From contig CAYLUS010000001.1 of the NCBI GenBank assembly GCA_964386975.1, positions 67,630 through 131,629 of the forward strand: a stretch of 64,000 nt of DNA, read 5' to 3'. A program made the position numbers and the translations under genes. This document shows positions 13,012 to 22,590 of the stretch, piece by piece. Numbering within the stretch: the first letter of the stretch is position 1; the number at the start of each line of letters is the position of its first letter. The notes below the pieces were generated by a model. It was not told where the DNA came from. It searched no databases and was given only the letters and a program-made list of their open reading frames with translations. This DNA is from an uncultured Methylococcus sp. (GTDB lineage: Bacteria > Pseudomonadota > Gammaproteobacteria > Methylococcales > Methylococcaceae).

Positions 13012-14046
13012 ATGAAGACCCCTGAACGAATCCTCGTCATTCGCTTAAGCGCCATTGGCGATATCGTCATGGCCTCCGGCCTGATTCCGGCCATGCGCAA
13101 GCGCTGGCCCGAAGCCCACATCACCTGGCTGGTCGAAGAGCCAATGGCCGAACTCTTGCGCGCCAACCCCAGAATCGACGCCGTCAAGGTCCTCCCGAGA
13201 GCGCATTGGCGCCGCCTGCGGAAGGCGGGCCACTATGGCCTTTTGCTCAAGGAGTTCCAGCAGATGCATGCATGGCTTCAGGCTCAGGCGTTTGATTGGG
13301 TGGTCGACCTGCAGGGCCTTCTCAAAAGTGGCGTTTGGGCGTTTCTCAGCCGGGCTGCCCGACGCGTCGGCCTGGGATCCAGGGAGGGCAGTCAGTGGCT
13401 GATGACCGAGACGCTTCCCCGCATCATGGATGACCCCCGGATCGGCAAAGAGTATCGGGATCTGAGCCGTTACCTGGGTGCAGACCCAGATGACTTTCGC
13501 CTCGACATGGTGATCTCGGATGCCGACCGAGCCAGCGCCAAGGCCGCCTTGAAAAAAGTCGGTATCACGGCAAGTTATGGGGTGATTGCGCCACTGACGA
13601 CCCGCCCGCAAAAACACTGGCCCGACGCGTATTGGGGGCAACTGGCCAAACTCATAGGACCGCAGAGGCCTCTGATCATGCTGGGAGGGCCTCAGGACCT
13701 TGAGCGAGCGCAACGCATCATCGCGCTCTCACCCTATCCCTTGCTGAGCCTCGTTGGACAGACCCCTTTAATGCAGAGCGCTGCCATTATCGAATCGGCC
13801 CATTATCTGGTCGGCGTGGACACCGGACTGACCCATCTCGGCATTGCCCTTGGAACGCCCACCATCGCCATCTTCGGCTCAACCGCCCCTTATCTGGATC
13901 CCCTGAGCGACAATGCCCGGGTGCTCTATGAACCAAGGGACTGCTCCCCCTGCCATCGACACCCGAGCTGCGACAACCGGTTTGACTGCATGCGGGCACA
14001 GACGCCCGAGCGGGTAGCACACGCCCTGACCGCTGTCATTGACTAA
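13012..14046 (+). CDS. glycosyltransferase family 9 protein (LPS heptosyltransferase-like)
   Basis: N-terminal ILVIRLSAIGDIVMASGLIPAMR motif typical of GT9, and C-terminal GVDTGLTHLGIALGTPTIAIFG. The specific paralog (WaaC/WaaF/WaaQ) cannot be assigned by eye. Confidence 0.8.
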   Translation: MKTPERILVIRLSAIGDIVMASGLIPAMRKRWPEAHITWLVEEPMAELLRANPRIDAVKVLPRAHWRRLRKAGHYGLLLKEFQQMHAWLQAQAFDWVVDLQGLLKSGVWAFLSRAARRVGLGSREGSQWLMTETLPRIMDDPRIGKEYRDLSRYLGADPDDFRLDMVISDADRASAKAALKKVGITASYGVIAPLTTRPQKHWPDAYWGQLAKLIGPQRPLIMLGGPQDLERAQRIIALSPYPLLSLVGQTPLMQSAAIIESAHYLVGVDTGLTHLGIALGTPTIAIFGSTAPYLDPLSDNARVLYEPRDCSPCHRHPSCDNRFDCMRAQTPERVAHALTAVID

Positions 14047-14119
14047 AGCCTTGGATCATCGCCACCCAGTTTTCCAGAAAATTCCAAAAGCCGACCAGGC
14101 GCTGCGGTAAAATCGCCGG

Positions 14120-15106
14120 ATGCAAATTGGCCCTCACACTCTCCAGAACCAGCTGATCCTCGCACCCATGGCAGGGGTCACAGACCGCCCGTTCAGATCC
14201 CTCTGCAGGCGGATGGGTGCTGGCATGGCGGTGGCTGAAATGGTCTCTGCCAACCCACGGCTACTTCATGGACGAAAGACGCTGCTGCGGACGGATCACC
14301 GGGGTGAAACCGGTCTTCGGGCAATACAGATTCTGGGTAATGACCCCGAGGAAATGGCGCTCGCCGCAAAATTCAATGCGGATCGTGGCGCACACCTCAT
14401 CGACATCAATATGGGATGCCCGGCCAAAAAGGTTTTGAAAAAAGCTGCGGGTTCGGCACTGATGAGAGATGAAGTGTTGGTCCGACGCATTCTCGAAAAG
14501 GTCGTCCATTCGGTCGACATTCCCGTGACACTCAAAATGCGAACCGGCTGGGATCTGGAAAACCGCAATGCCGTTACCATCGCGCGCATGGCCGAAGACA
14601 TCGGCATTCGCGCCCTTACTGTCCACGGAAGGACGCGCGCCTGCGGGTTTTCGGGATCTGCTGAATACCTTACAATCCGGGAGGTGAAACATGCGGTCAA
14701 AATCCCGGTGGTCGCCAATGGAGATATCACGACCCCGGAAAAAGCGCGTTTGGTGCTCGAACAGACCGGGGCAGACGCTGTGATGATTGGCCGTGGCGCT
14801 CTGGGTCGGCCGTGGTTCTTCCAAGAGCTGATTGCAAGCCTCACCCCTGAGTCGGCAGCACCCGCCCTTTCCGCAGGGGAGAAAAGACGCATGATGCTGG
14901 AACACGTCATCGCCATCCATGACTTTTACGGCGAGAACGAGGGAGTGAGGATCGCGCGCAAACATGTGGGGTGGTACCTCGACCAGCTGCCGGCCGGCAG
15001 CGATTTCAAGTCGCTCTTCTACCAACAAGTGACCGCTGAAAAGCAGATTTCACTCATCCACGATGCGCTGGAGAGTCAAGGGCAGGGCGGCCCCTTCGGG
15101 CGTTAG
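14120..15106 (+). CDS. dusB: tRNA-dihydrouridine synthase B
   Basis: LAPMAGVTD...INMGCPAKKV (catalytic Cys)...HGRTR motifs. Directly followed by fis. Confidence 0.9.
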   Translation: MQIGPHTLQNQLILAPMAGVTDRPFRSLCRRMGAGMAVAEMVSANPRLLHGRKTLLRTDHRGETGLRAIQILGNDPEEMALAAKFNADRGAHLIDINMGCPAKKVLKKAAGSALMRDEVLVRRILEKVVHSVDIPVTLKMRTGWDLENRNAVTIARMAEDIGIRALTVHGRTRACGFSGSAEYLTIREVKHAVKIPVVANGDITTPEKARLVLEQTGADAVMIGRGALGRPWFFQELIASLTPESAAPALSAGEKRRMMLEHVIAIHDFYGENEGVRIARKHVGWYLDQLPAGSDFKSLFYQQVTAEKQISLIHDALESQGQGGPFGR

Positions 15107-15130
15107 CCGGATCTTGAGAGAGTTGAGGCA

Positions 15131-15391
15131 TTGACGGCGTCAAAGACCCCCCCCCACCCCTCCGAGCCGGAGTTGGGCCAGCTGGTCCGACAGGCCCTCA
15201 AGGCGTACTTTGATCGCCTCGACGGACATCAGGTGTCAGACCTGCATGCGCTGGTTTTGCGCGAGGTTGAACAACCACTGATCCAGGCTGTCCTCGAACA
15301 CTGTGATCATAACCAAACCAAGGCAGCGCAGATCCTTGGCTGGAGCCGCAGTACCCTGCGCAAAAAAATGAGCCATTACGGCATTGACTAA
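15131..15391 (+). CDS. fis: DNA-binding protein Fis
   Basis: 86 aa. C-terminal [31 protein letters not shown] start. Conserved dusB-fis operon. Confidence 0.85.
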   Translation: MTASKTPPHPSEPELGQLVRQALKAYFDRLDGHQVSDLHALVLREVEQPLIQAVLEHCDHNQTKAAQILGWSRSTLRKKMSHYGID

Positions 15392-15417
15392 CGCGCCAAG
15401 CGCACACATCCCCTGCC

Positions 15418-16980
15418 ATGAACCACTCCATCCAACGAGCACTGATCAGCGTTTCAGACAAATCCGGTCTTCTCGACTTTGCCCGTCGCCTTCGGGAGAT
15501 GGGCATCGAAATCCTCTCTTCGGGGGGGACCTATCATGCCCTTGCCACGGCCGGGATTGCGGCGACCGAAGTGTCTGATTACACCGGTTTTCCGGAAATG
15601 ATGGGAGGAAGGATCAAGACCCTCCATCCCCGCGTCCACGGCGGCATTCTGGGGCGACGAGGCACGGATGAAGCCATTATGGCCGAACATGGCATCCAGC
15701 CGATTGACCTGGTCGTGGTCAACCTCTACCCGTTCGAAGCGACCATCGCACGTGAGAATGCCTCATTTGATGAGGCCATTGAAAACATTGATATCGGTGG
15801 GCCCGCCATGCTGCGGGCCGCAGCAAAGAATCACGACGCAGTCACGGTGGTTGTCGACCCCTCCGACTACCCGCGGATCCTCTCAGAACTCGGCACCCAT
15901 GCGGGCTGCATTTCGCCCAAAAGCCGTCTGCGCCTGGCGCAAAAATGCTTCGCGCATACCGCCGCCTATGATGCCGCCATTGCCAACTATCTCTTCAATG
16001 TGACCGAGCCGGGAGGCTTTCCAGACCCACTCCTGCTGAAATTCAAGCATGCCCAGAAAATGCGCTATGGTGAAAACCCCCACCAGCAGGGTGCATTCTA
16101 TGTTGAATCCACGCCGGCGCCCGGCAGCATTGCGCAGGCTCGCCAAATTCAGGGCAAGGAACTGTCCTTCAACAATGTGGCCGATGCGGATGCCGCCCTC
16201 GAATGCGTCAAGGGGTTCGAAACCCGACCGGCCTGCGTGATTGTCAAACATGCGAACCCCTGTGGCGTCGCTACGGGCAACTCGCTGCGGGCGGCCTACG
16301 AACGGGCCTACGAGACGGATCCGACGTCCGCCTTCGGTGGCATCATTGCCTTTAATTTGGCGCTGGATGCGGACACTGCCAAGGCCATCATTGAACGCCA
16401 GTTCGTGGAAGTCATCCTGGCCCCGTCCATCCTGCCGGAGGCGCTGCCCGTGCTGGCCAGCAAAACCAATGTCCGTGTGCTTGAGACGGGCCAATGGCCC
16501 TCTACCCCCCGCCCTGAATGGGATTTCAAGCGGGTCTCAGGAGGATTGCTGGTACAGGATCGGGACCTTGGCCGAATCCATCCCGACGATCTTCGCATCG
16601 TCTCCAAAAGAGCGCCCGACGCGCGCGAACTGAAGGATTTATTGTTCGCCTGGCACGTCGCTCAATTCGTCAAATCCAATGCCATTGTCTATGCCAAGAA
16701 TGGCCAGACCATGGGCGTTGGTGCGGGCCAGATGAGTCGCGTCTATTCGGCACGGATTGCCGCCATCAAGGCACAGGATGCAAAGCTCGAAGTGCGGGGT
16801 TCTGTAGTCGCCTCCGATGCCTTCTTTCCGTTTCGAGATGGCGTTGACTCGGCCGCGGCGGCGGGGGTGACGGCAGTTATCCAGCCAGGCGGTTCGGTCA
16901 GAGATCAAGAGGTGATCGATGCGGCCAATGAGCACGAGCTTGCCATGGTGTTCACCGGTATGCGCCATTTCAGACACTGA
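15418..16980 (+). CDS. purH: bifunctional AICAR transformylase / IMP cyclohydrolase
   Basis: 520 aa. [10 protein letters not shown] (MGS-like domain), GGRIKTLHP, and C-terminal IQPGGSVRD...[11 protein letters not shown]. Confidence 0.95.
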   Translation: MNHSIQRALISVSDKSGLLDFARRLREMGIEILSSGGTYHALATAGIAATEVSDYTGFPEMMGGRIKTLHPRVHGGILGRRGTDEAIMAEHGIQPIDLVVVNLYPFEATIARENASFDEAIENIDIGGPAMLRAAAKNHDAVTVVVDPSDYPRILSELGTHAGCISPKSRLRLAQKCFAHTAAYDAAIANYLFNVTEPGGFPDPLLLKFKHAQKMRYGENPHQQGAFYVESTPAPGSIAQARQIQGKELSFNNVADADAALECVKGFETRPACVIVKHANPCGVATGNSLRAAYERAYETDPTSAFGGIIAFNLALDADTAKAIIERQFVEVILAPSILPEALPVLASKTNVRVLETGQWPSTPRPEWDFKRVSGGLLVQDRDLGRIHPDDLRIVSKRAPDARELKDLLFAWHVAQFVKSNAIVYAKNGQTMGVGAGQMSRVYSARIAAIKAQDAKLEVRGSVVASDAFFPFRDGVDSAAAAGVTAVIQPGGSVRDQEVIDAANEHELAMVFTGMRHFRH

Positions 16981-17009
16981 ATTTCAGACCCAGCGAAAGG
17001 CAAGACCCC

Positions 17010-18224
17010 ATGCGCAATGAGGAACTGAGCGAGCAGACCGACCTTTGCGTCAAATGCGGCCTGTGCCTGCCCCATTGCCCCACCTACCGGCTTTCGGCCG
17101 ACGAGAATGAATCCCCCCGAGGAAGACTGTCGCTGATTCAGGGTTGGGCACGCGCCGAACTTGAGGCCGATGAGAAACTGCTCGCACATACACGTGAGTG
17201 CGTCCTGTGCAGAGCTTGCGAGGCGGTCTGTCCCGCCTATGTCCCCTATGGCTCGATCATGGATCGCTTCAGGTCCTTGAATCCCCTGCCCGATAACGCC
17301 CAGACCCAGGATCAAAAAACCCGCATGACCCTGGTTCAACAAACCCTGGATGGCCCATTCAAACGCCTTCTGCAGGGGGCTTCCCGCTCAGGCTCTCTGC
17401 GTAAGGCAGCAGACTTGCTCGGCTATGGCGACCTGACTCAAGGTCTCCCCGAACCCAACAACGACACACTGCCTGCCGCCGGATTGCATCCAGCAAAAGG
17501 GCCTTCTCTTGGGAAAGTGCAGCTCTTCATGGGCTGTACGGCGGAAATGCTGGATCTGGCAACGGCGCGCTCGGCAGTCACACTGCTGACCGCCATGGGC
17601 TATGAGGTTGAAATACCCAGAACACAAACCTGCTGCGGCGCTCTCGATCTGCACGCCGGCCGACATGCTGCGGCATTGAGCAAGAGCGAACAGAACCAGA
17701 CTGCATTTGGCGCCGAGGAAACGACTCCCGTCGTTAGTTTTGCATCGGGCTGCGCAAGCACATTCCGTGATCTTAGCCCCTCAGCCAACCCATCCTCGCT
17801 TGGCGCTCGGATGGAGGACATTACCGCCTTCATTGCGCGCGCTCCCGGGCGTGAACGTTTGCAATTCAGAGCGCTTGAAACGACTGTTTGCCTCCACTCG
17901 CCTTGCACGCTGAAACATGTCCTGAAGGCCGATCGATTCGCCGGCGAACTGCTGCGCACCTGCCTTGAGGCGCCGATTACGGCGCTTCCAAAGTCGAGCG
18001 GCTGCTGTGGCGCTGCGGGAAGTTACATGATTGAGCATCCGGAGACGTCCAGAGCCTTGCAACGTGAGGTCGTTGATGCCATCGTCGCCAGCGGGGCAAC
18101 CCTCTTGGTTACCTCCAACCCGGGTTGCGCCAGTCACCTAAGGTCAGGTGTTCGTGAGCGCGGACTGAACGACATGGAGGTACTGCACCCTATAACCCTT
18201 CTGGCAAGGCAACTGGAGGCTTGA
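17010..18224 (+). CDS. glcF: GlcF-like (Fe-S)-binding protein with two CCG domains
   Basis: Two 4Fe-4S ferredoxin motifs (CVKCGLCLPHCP and CVLCRACEAVCP) plus two cysteine-rich CCG domains (TQTCCGA, SSGCCGAAG). No glcD/glcE neighbours, so the physiological partner is unknown. Confidence 0.7.
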   Translation: MRNEELSEQTDLCVKCGLCLPHCPTYRLSADENESPRGRLSLIQGWARAELEADEKLLAHTRECVLCRACEAVCPAYVPYGSIMDRFRSLNPLPDNAQTQDQKTRMTLVQQTLDGPFKRLLQGASRSGSLRKAADLLGYGDLTQGLPEPNNDTLPAAGLHPAKGPSLGKVQLFMGCTAEMLDLATARSAVTLLTAMGYEVEIPRTQTCCGALDLHAGRHAAALSKSEQNQTAFGAEETTPVVSFASGCASTFRDLSPSANPSSLGARMEDITAFIARAPGRERLQFRALETTVCLHSPCTLKHVLKADRFAGELLRTCLEAPITALPKSSGCCGAAGSYMIEHPETSRALQREVVDAIVASGATLLVTSNPGCASHLRSGVRERGLNDMEVLHPITLLARQLEA

Positions 18225-18249
18225 TCCGGAGCCCCCATGGGGCCGGTCA

Positions 18250-19050
18250 TCAGCGCCGGAGCTTGTAGTTCCTTCCGTAGAAGATTTCCGCCATTTCGTG
18301 TTTGAGTTGGCGCTGGATAGCAACCCGCTCATCCGGAGTCAGGGCATCCTTGTCGGTTTCAAACAGATAGTTATCCAGTATGAAATCCTTCAGGATCATC
18401 TTGGTATGGAAGAGCTTTTCCTGATAGACGTTGACGTCAATCATCTGGTAGCGCTCTGCCGTGAGATCGGAAATGTAGTTCTGAATAGAGGTGATCTCAT
18501 GGTCAATGTAGTGCTTCTGCCCACTGATATCCCGGGTAAAGCCACGCACACGATAATCCATGATCACAATGTCCGATTCAAAACTGTGAATCAGATAGTT
18601 AAGGGCCTTCAGGGGTGAAATGCGTCCGCAGGTCGAAACGTCAATATCGGCCCTAAACGTACTGATTCCGCCATAAGGATGGCTCTCGGGATACGTATGA
18701 ACCGTGATGTGGCTTTTGTTCAGGTGGGCCACCACGGAATCGGGCATCGGGCCCGGCTCTTCCATGTTTCCAACCGGCGGCGCACTGTCACCCTCTGAAA
18801 TCAGCATGGTCACACTGGCACCTTGCGGCTCATAGTCCTGACGCGCAATGTTGAGGATCTGCGCCCCGATAATTGCATTAACGTCGGTCAGGATCTGGGT
18901 CAACCGCTCGGCGTTGTACATCTCATCGATGTACTCGATATAGCGACGTTGCTGCTGCTCCGTCTTGGCATAGCAGATGTCGTAGATGTTGAAGCTCAAC
19001 GATTTGGTGAGATTGTTGAACCCGTGCAGTTGAAGTTTTTCGAGATCCAT
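18250..19050 (-). CDS. speD: S-adenosylmethionine decarboxylase proenzyme (E. coli-type, class 1B)
   Basis: [24 protein letters not shown]-terminus and self-cleavage region [20 protein letters not shown] (K-S processing site) closely match E. coli SpeD. Confidence 0.9.
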   Translation of the reverse strand: MDLEKLQLHGFNNLTKSLSFNIYDICYAKTEQQQRRYIEYIDEMYNAERLTQILTDVNAIIGAQILNIARQDYEPQGASVTMLISEGDSAPPVGNMEEPGPMPDSVVAHLNKSHITVHTYPESHPYGGISTFRADIDVSTCGRISPLKALNYLIHSFESDIVIMDYRVRGFTRDISGQKHYIDHEITSIQNYISDLTAERYQMIDVNVYQEKLFHTKMILKDFILDNYLFETDKDALTPDERVAIQRQLKHEMAEIFYGRNYKLRR

Positions 19051-19154
19051 GGACCTTCGATCCCCCCCTCGCAGTGAAATGTGGTCAGAGAACCGGCGTC
19101 AGACGCCGGTGAAAGAAATTCGGGGGGTTTGCCCCGTAGAGGTCTGGCCTGATC

Positions 19155-19574
19155 TCACGAGAGATCGACCAGTTCGAAGTCATGCGTAATGGCCGCAGTC
19201 TTGCCCAGCATGATCGACGCGGAACAGTATTTTTCGGCTGAAAGCTTAACTGCCCGCTCAACGAGCGCTTCATTCAAGCCTTGACCACTGACCACGAAGT
19301 GCAAATGGATTTTGGTAAATACCTTGGGGTCTGTCTCCGCGCGCTCGGCCTCGAGTCGGGCCTCGCAGTGGGTCACCGGATGGCGTCCTTTCTTGAGAAT
19401 GTGAACCACATCGAATGAGGCACAACCGCCCATACCCATCAGCAACATTTCCATCGGACGAACACCGAGGTTGCGACCGCCGGATTCCGGAGCGCCATCC
19501 ATGACTATGGCGTGACCACTCCCAGATTCGGCCAGGAACATGGCTTCTTCGACCCATTTGACGCGTGCTTTCAA
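19155..19574 (-). CDS. OsmC-family protein
   Basis: 139 aa. P.E.LL.G.GGCASFDVVHILKK pattern with conserved Cys, typical of OsmC/Ohr-fold proteins. Confidence 0.75.
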   Translation of the reverse strand: MKARVKWVEEAMFLAESGSGHAIVMDGAPESGGRNLGVRPMEMLLMGMGGCASFDVVHILKKGRHPVTHCEARLEAERAETDPKVFTKIHLHFVVSGQGLNEALVERAVKLSAEKYCSASIMLGKTAAITHDFELVDLS

Positions 19575-19658
19575 CGAGGTTCCCCGCAGGAAAAATAGCC
19601 GCGTAATTTAGCACAAGAATATGGTAAATGAGCGGTTTTTTTGCCCCCTGGCAAGAAA

Positions 19659-21704
19659 TCAGGCCGCCTCCGCAAGTCCGCTGTGCCGCAAAAGCGCCTC
19701 GATCGAGGGTTCCCGTCCACGAAAAGCCACAAAACACTCCATCGCTTTCCGGCTACCCCCCCGCTCGAGGATACCCTCGAGGAACCGGCGACCGGTGTCG
19801 GGATCAAAGATGCCTTTCTCCTCAAATAGCGCAAAGGCATCACTGGAGAGGACTTCTGCCCATTTATAGCTGTAGTAACCAGCCGCATAGCCCCCGGCAA
19901 AGATATGCGAAAACGCATGCGGAAACCGGTTGAACGCTGGTGGAATGACCACGGATACCCGCTGCCTGACTTCGTCGAGAATCTGATAAACCCGCCCGCC
20001 GGCCGCGGGATCATATTCCGCATGCAAACGAAAATCGAAGAGGGCAAATTCGATCTGTCGCAACATCTGCATGCCGGATTGGAAGTTCCGCGCCCGGATC
20101 ATCTTTTCGAGAATCGCTGACGGCAGTGGTTCGTGCGTCTCGTAGTGACCGGAGATCAGTGCCAGAGCCTCAGGCTCCCAGCAAAAATTCTCCATGAACT
20201 GACTCGGCAGTTCGACGGCATCCCATTCCACCCCGTGAATGCCTGACACCCCAAGATGATCAACCCGAGTCAGCATATGATGGAGCCCATGACCAAACTC
20301 ATGGAACAGGGTCTGAACTTCATCATGTCGGAGTAAGGCGGGCTGATCACCCGTGGGTGGAGTGAAATTACAGGTAAGGTAAGCGACTGGCACCTGTACC
20401 CCATCGGCTCGCTTCCTGCGCGTGACGCACTCATCCATCCAAGCGCCACCCCGCTTTTTCTCCCGCGCGTAGAGGTCCAGATAGAAACTGCCGCGCATTT
20501 CGCCCTGGGCATCATGAATATCGAAGAATCGGACATCTTGATGCCAGACATCGACCCCCATGCGCTCACAGATCCGAAGACCATAGAGGCGAGCGACTAC
20601 CGCGAACATGCCCTCAACCACCGTGGGCGCAGGAAAATAGACCCGAACTTCTTCCTCGGACAAGTCGTATTTGGCCTGTCTTAATTTTTCCGAGGCATAG
20701 GTCCAGTCCCACACGGTCGGCGCCTCGATGCCAAGCTGGGTTTCAGCGAATTCGCGTAACTCTCTCAGGTCCCGGTGCGCGTAAGGTAGGGAGCGATCAG
20801 CAAGGCCCATCAAGAAAGCGATGACCTCCGGAACGGAGGGTGCCATCTTGGTTGCGATCGAGAGTTCTGCGAAATTCGAGAATCCAAGCAGATTGGCCTC
20901 TTCATGCCGCAAGGCCAGAATCTTTTCAATGATTTCCGAGTTATCCCATGTACCCGCATTCGGCCCCTGATCCGAGGCTCGGGTCGCATAGGCGGTATAA
21001 AACAGCTCACGCAGCGACCGGTCGTCCGCATAGGTCATGATGGCAATGTAGGAGGGAAACTCCAGGGTGAAGAGCCAGCCGCTCTCACCTTTGGCTTCGG
21101 CTGCCTGCTTGGCCATCGCCAGGGCAGAATCGGGAAGGCCCGACAGCCGCTGCGGGTCCGTGATCAGGTGACTCCAGCCTTGGGTGGCATCCATGACATG
21201 GTCTTGAAACTGGCTGCCCAATTTAGACAACTCCAGTACCACCGCCTTGAACCGCGATTTGTCTTCACTCGGAAGGTCAACCCCCGAGAGCCTGAAATCC
21301 CGGAGCGCATTGTCAATGATCTTTTTTTGGGCTTGATCCAGATGCGCGTACCCGGGACTCTCCCTGAGACCACGGTAGGCCGTATAGAGCGCCTCATTCT
21401 GGCCGACTTCCGTTGCGTATTCGCTGAGTAGCGGAAGGCACGCGTTATACGCCTCGCGAAGTGCCTCACTGTTCTTGACCGAGTTCAGGTGGCTGACCGG
21501 TGACCAGCCGCGATTAAGCCGATCATCCAGATCCTCAAGCGGCTCAACCAGTTTCTCCCAGGTGACCGGCGGGTCTTGGCTGAGCACCTTGGCGATACCC
21601 GCGCGGCCCTCCTCAATCAGTTGCCGGACCGCAGGTCCTACATGATCTGGCGAAATTCTGGAAAAGGGCGGCAGGAAATGGTCTTCAAGCAAAGGATTGT
21701 TCAT
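19659..21704 (-). CDS. prlC: oligopeptidase A (M3 family zinc metallopeptidase)
   Basis: 681 aa. Zinc motif FHEFGHGLHH and overall M3A architecture. Confidence 0.9.
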   Translation of the reverse strand: MNNPLLEDHFLPPFSRISPDHVGPAVRQLIEEGRAGIAKVLSQDPPVTWEKLVEPLEDLDDRLNRGWSPVSHLNSVKNSEALREAYNACLPLLSEYATEVGQNEALYTAYRGLRESPGYAHLDQAQKKIIDNALRDFRLSGVDLPSEDKSRFKAVVLELSKLGSQFQDHVMDATQGWSHLITDPQRLSGLPDSALAMAKQAAEAKGESGWLFTLEFPSYIAIMTYADDRSLRELFYTAYATRASDQGPNAGTWDNSEIIEKILALRHEEANLLGFSNFAELSIATKMAPSVPEVIAFLMGLADRSLPYAHRDLRELREFAETQLGIEAPTVWDWTYASEKLRQAKYDLSEEEVRVYFPAPTVVEGMFAVVARLYGLRICERMGVDVWHQDVRFFDIHDAQGEMRGSFYLDLYAREKKRGGAWMDECVTRRKRADGVQVPVAYLTCNFTPPTGDQPALLRHDEVQTLFHEFGHGLHHMLTRVDHLGVSGIHGVEWDAVELPSQFMENFCWEPEALALISGHYETHEPLPSAILEKMIRARNFQSGMQMLRQIEFALFDFRLHAEYDPAAGGRVYQILDEVRQRVSVVIPPAFNRFPHAFSHIFAGGYAAGYYSYKWAEVLSSDAFALFEEKGIFDPDTGRRFLEGILERGGSRKAMECFVAFRGREPSIEALLRHSGLAEAA

Positions 21705-21792
21705 GGCGGTTGCTGCAAGGAAAGCGGATCAGTCACCTAGTCTGTGACCTGCCAGCCCAGGAAATGGTTCACCCAGCCCGCGCGAACCATCC

Positions 21793-22218
21793 TCAGCTCA
21801 GCCGCTTGTGCATCTCCAACACATTGCCCTGATCGGTTCTTGAGTAGCTGACGCTGTCCATCAGGGTTCGAATCATGAAAATCCCGCGCCCACGCTCGCT
21901 CAGGGGGTCCAATTCTGGCTCCGGCACCTGGTCAAGATCAAAACCTTGCCCATGATCAAAGACCTGAATACACAGGTCATCGTGTTCAATGAAGATGCAC
22001 ACGCGCACCGTCTGATCGCAATTTGCCGAGGAATGCTCGATTGCATTGACCATGGCCTCGGTCAAGACCACATTGAGATGGTACGCCAGGGCATCACGAT
22101 CGCCGTCATAATGGTCCAGAGCCCGCGCAACTTCCTCGGCAATATTGCCGATCAAGCTCAGATATCGCTTCTTGTTGGGGACCACGATATCGAGATGTAT
22201 GTCATCACCTTGCTGCAT
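21793..22218 (-). CDS. anti-sigma regulatory factor, serine protein kinase (RsbW/SpoIIAB-like HATPase)
   Basis: 141 aa. N-box LTEAMVNAIEHS, G1 box DHGQGF, G2 box GRGIFMI. Begins 3 nt after the STAS gene. Confidence 0.8.
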   Translation of the reverse strand: MQQGDDIHLDIVVPNKKRYLSLIGNIAEEVARALDHYDGDRDALAYHLNVVLTEAMVNAIEHSSANCDQTVRVCIFIEHDDLCIQVFDHGQGFDLDQVPEPELDPLSERGRGIFMIRTLMDSVSYSRTDQGNVLEMHKRLS

Positions 22219-22221
22219 GCA

Positions 22222-22569
22222 TCACCCGTGCGTGTCCAACTTTGCCAATGCCTCCTCGACTGTGGCAGCGATCGTAAACACCCGATGCAATCGGGTCAGC
22301 TCAAACATCGACTGGACCCGTGGCTTCAGCCCTGAGAGGATGAATGCACTGGATCGAAGGTTAGCGCTTTTATATCCCGACAAGAGCGCGCCAAGTCCCG
22401 AGCTGTCAATGAAATTGACCGCGGAGAGATCCACCACCAGCTGCTGCCCCCCCTTTTCCAGGAGGGAGAGAATGATTTCCCGAACCTCCCCGGAATTGGC
22501 GGCATCAAGCCGCTCTTCCTTGAGGGTCAGCAGCGTCTTGCCCTCGCGGGTTTCGGTTTCAATCTGCAT
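22222..22569 (-). CDS. STAS-domain anti-sigma-factor antagonist
   Basis: 115 aa. VVDLSAVNFIDSSGLGALL motif with the phosphorylatable Ser. Confidence 0.8.
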   Translation of the reverse strand: MQIETETREGKTLLTLKEERLDAANSGEVREIILSLLEKGGQQLVVDLSAVNFIDSSGLGALLSGYKSANLRSSAFILSGLKPRVQSMFELTRLHRVFTIAATVEEALAKLDTHG

Positions 22570-22590
22570 ATGTGCGTTCCAGAAAAGGCT

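Noticed and set aside
18199-18250. CCCCATGGGG palindrome between the convergent glcF-like gene and speD, considered as a bidirectional terminator.
   Set aside because: With a minimal loop only 3-4 bp can pair, flanking bases do not extend the stem, and there is no U-run.
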